A stretch of DNA of 64,000 nt, taken from contig JBBDYC010000019.1 of the NCBI GenBank assembly GCA_040901985.1, positions 143,770 to 207,769 on the forward strand, given 5' to 3'. Below are positions 59,462 through 64,000 of the stretch, one piece after another. The number at the start of each line of letters is the position of its first letter. Position 1 is the first letter of the stretch. The notes under the pieces are model-generated. The model did no database searches, was not told the origin of the DNA, and saw only the letters and a list, made by a program, of their open reading frames with translations. Made by a program: the position numbers and the translations under genes. This DNA comes from Gemmatimonadaceae bacterium. GTDB lineage: Bacteria; Gemmatimonadota; Gemmatimonadetes; Gemmatimonadales; Gemmatimonadaceae.

Positions 59462-60653
59462 CGGGGTCGCCCTGACGGTGGAGGGACCGAGTCCGTGGGG
59501 GGCGGTCGCGCGGCGGCCGAATCTGGCTTCGGTGGCGGCGGTTCGCGCACGCGGAACTCGCGCTCGGTGTCGCGCACGACGCCGTTCAGTCCGCGCACGC
59601 CGAGGATGCGGAGGCGATACAGACCCGGCGCAAGCGCCGTGTCGAGCGGCACGACCCACTGTTGGACCGGAAGCGCGCGCCCGAAGACCGGTGGCGGCAC
59701 GAGGGTCGTGTCCGCCTGGGTGGTGTCCGCCTGGGTGGTGACGGCGCGAACGGTGTCGGCCTGCGCCGCCGGGAGCATCGTGCCGGTCGCGATTGGCAGG
59801 GAATCGGCGCCGACCAGCGACACCGCGCCGGCGGCCACCCAGTCGGCGGCGACGGCGCGATCGAAGCGCACCCGCAGCGCCGTCGAATCGCGCGGCACGA
59901 CCTGGTCCAGCCGCGGCGAGAGCGTGTCGTGCACAAAGGCGTAGAGCTCCACGGCGCCACGGTCGGTGATTGCCAGCGTCGCACGGTCAAACGCCTCGCG
60001 CGGATCGAGCAGGCGATTGCCGTTGGCGTCGAGCCAGGCGCGCACCACAAAGCTGCCCGGCGCGAGGTCGCGTACGACGAAGCGCCCGGTGGTGTCGGCG
60101 CTGGCCACCCAGCGGAGGGCGGTGTCCGTCTCGGCGAAGACCTCCACGCGCGCCCGCGACGCGGCGCGGCCGGCGGCCCAGTCGAAGACGACGCCCTCGA
60201 TTGCCCCCGTCGGGATCTCGGCGCCGGTCGAGAAGACGAACTCGGACGGCGTGTCGAGCACGTTGCCGCGGAGGTCGGTGACCCCAGGGAGGAGCGTCAC
60301 TCGGTAGGCGGTGTTCGGGCGGAAGCCCCGGCGCGGTTCCACCGCGATTGCCGTGCGCCGCCAGGTCACGCGCTCGCGGCCGTCGGTCGGCGACAGCTGG
60401 ATGAGCGCCTCGAGGCCGGCGCCCGCCGGCGCGCCCGGCACACTCCGTGGCCGCTCGCTGATCACCTCGTCGAAGTGGATCACGATGGCCTTGGCGGTGA
60501 CCCTGGTCGCGTTGGAGTCGGGCGTGACGCGCCGAATCGCTGGCGCGGCGGAGTCGGGCGGCCCGCCGGGCGGCATCGCCGGCGCCGCGCACGCGGTTGC
60601 CAGCGCGACGAGCGCCGGAACGAGTTGCACGCGCGCGCGCATCCGCACCGCCA

Positions 60654-60654
<1 letters not shown>
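59458..60654 (-). CDS. Ig-like (Big_5) domain lipoprotein
   Basis: Lipobox ATAC, PPGGPPD..P, FRPNTAYRV..DLRGN..FSTG, DANGN..D. Confidence 0.75.
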
Positions 60655-63413
<2,759 letters not shown>

Positions 63414-63445
63414 CCGGGAAAGCTAGCCACGCCTCACGGTGCCGC

Positions 63446-64000
63446 CTACCGGCGATCGCGGACGCGGATCCGTTGGCGGACGGCGGTGACGCCGGGCACA
63501 CCGCCGGCGATGGTCACGGCGTGCGACACCTCTCGCGCGGTGAGGACCTGGCCGTGGAGGAAGACGGCCCCCTGGGTGTCGGCGTCAATCTCGACCGCCC
63601 GCTTGGAGAGGATCGGGTCGTTGAGGAAGGCCTCGAGGACCCGGGTGCCAATCACGTCGTCGGAGGCGTCCTCGTCGGCGTCCTCGGCTTCGTCCTCACC
63701 TTCCTCCTCCTCCTCCTCGTCCTCGTCGTCGTCTTCTTCTTCTTCTTCGTCCGCTTCATCGAGGTCCTCGTCGAGGTCCTCGTCCAACTCCTCGTCGCCG
63801 TCGTCCGCGAACTCGCCGAACTCGTCGGCTTCGTCGTATTCGTCCTCGGCGAGGGCGAGCGCCTCGGCGCGCCGCTCGGCCCAACGCTCGCGGAGTTCGA
63901 GCGCCAGCTCGATCAACGGGACCCATTGACCGGCGGCGACCTTGGCGACGGAACGCGCGCGCCGCCACAGCGTGTGCGCACTGGCGCGCCGACCGCTCAG
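63446..64000 (-). CDS. BON-domain protein with long acidic tract, 5'-truncated by window edge
   Basis: Frame open to base 64000; C-terminal DPILS..VEI..GAVFLHG.V..AGGVPGVTAVRQRIRV. Confidence 0.75.
   Translation of the reverse strand: MSGRRASAHTLWRRARSVAKVAAGQWVPLIELALELRERWAERRAEALALAEDEYDEADEFGEFADDGDEELDEDLDEDLDEADEEEEEDDDEDEEEEEEGEDEAEDADEDASDDVIGTRVLEAFLNDPILSKRAVEIDADTQGAVFLHGQVLTAREVSHAVTIAGGVPGVTAVRQRIRVRDRR

Overview
High-GC bacterial chromosome segment that is mostly housekeeping; gene content and order are suggestive of Gemmatimonadota (inference only). It carries prmC-ylbF-tmk-S41 protease; a minus-strand block with an Omp85-type protein, two SPOR-like proteins, smc, aroF and lolA; rpsF-rpsR-DUF2232-rplI-rsfS; prs-rplY-pth-hppA-ychF; an rmlABDC cassette sitting between tRNA-Gln and prs; ispE, pdxJ, mce, trxA, rsmI; a DUF4159/DUF4175/TPR cluster; a JAB-DinG helicase fusion; a LexA-like gene; gltX; a sulfur module (TsdA-like cytochrome, SoxCD-like pair, two YeeE/YedE, ArsR) between two tRNA-Ser genes; DUF2723, purH, purN, a gmhB-like gene, valS and a BON protein. 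The most unusual structure is a ~630-bp cassette at 19355-19982: a four-helix-bundle (23S rRNA IVP/Avd-like) gene lying antisense to its neighbours, bracketed by mutually inverted heptamer tandem arrays and containing a perfect 12-bp hairpin and divergent -10-like boxes. Other signals are two histidine-less Hpt-like proteins, an apparently non-cleavable LexA paralog and a recurring TA(A/G)CTT-N6-start motif suggesting leaderless genes. All calls come from motif recognition by eye; no searches were run.
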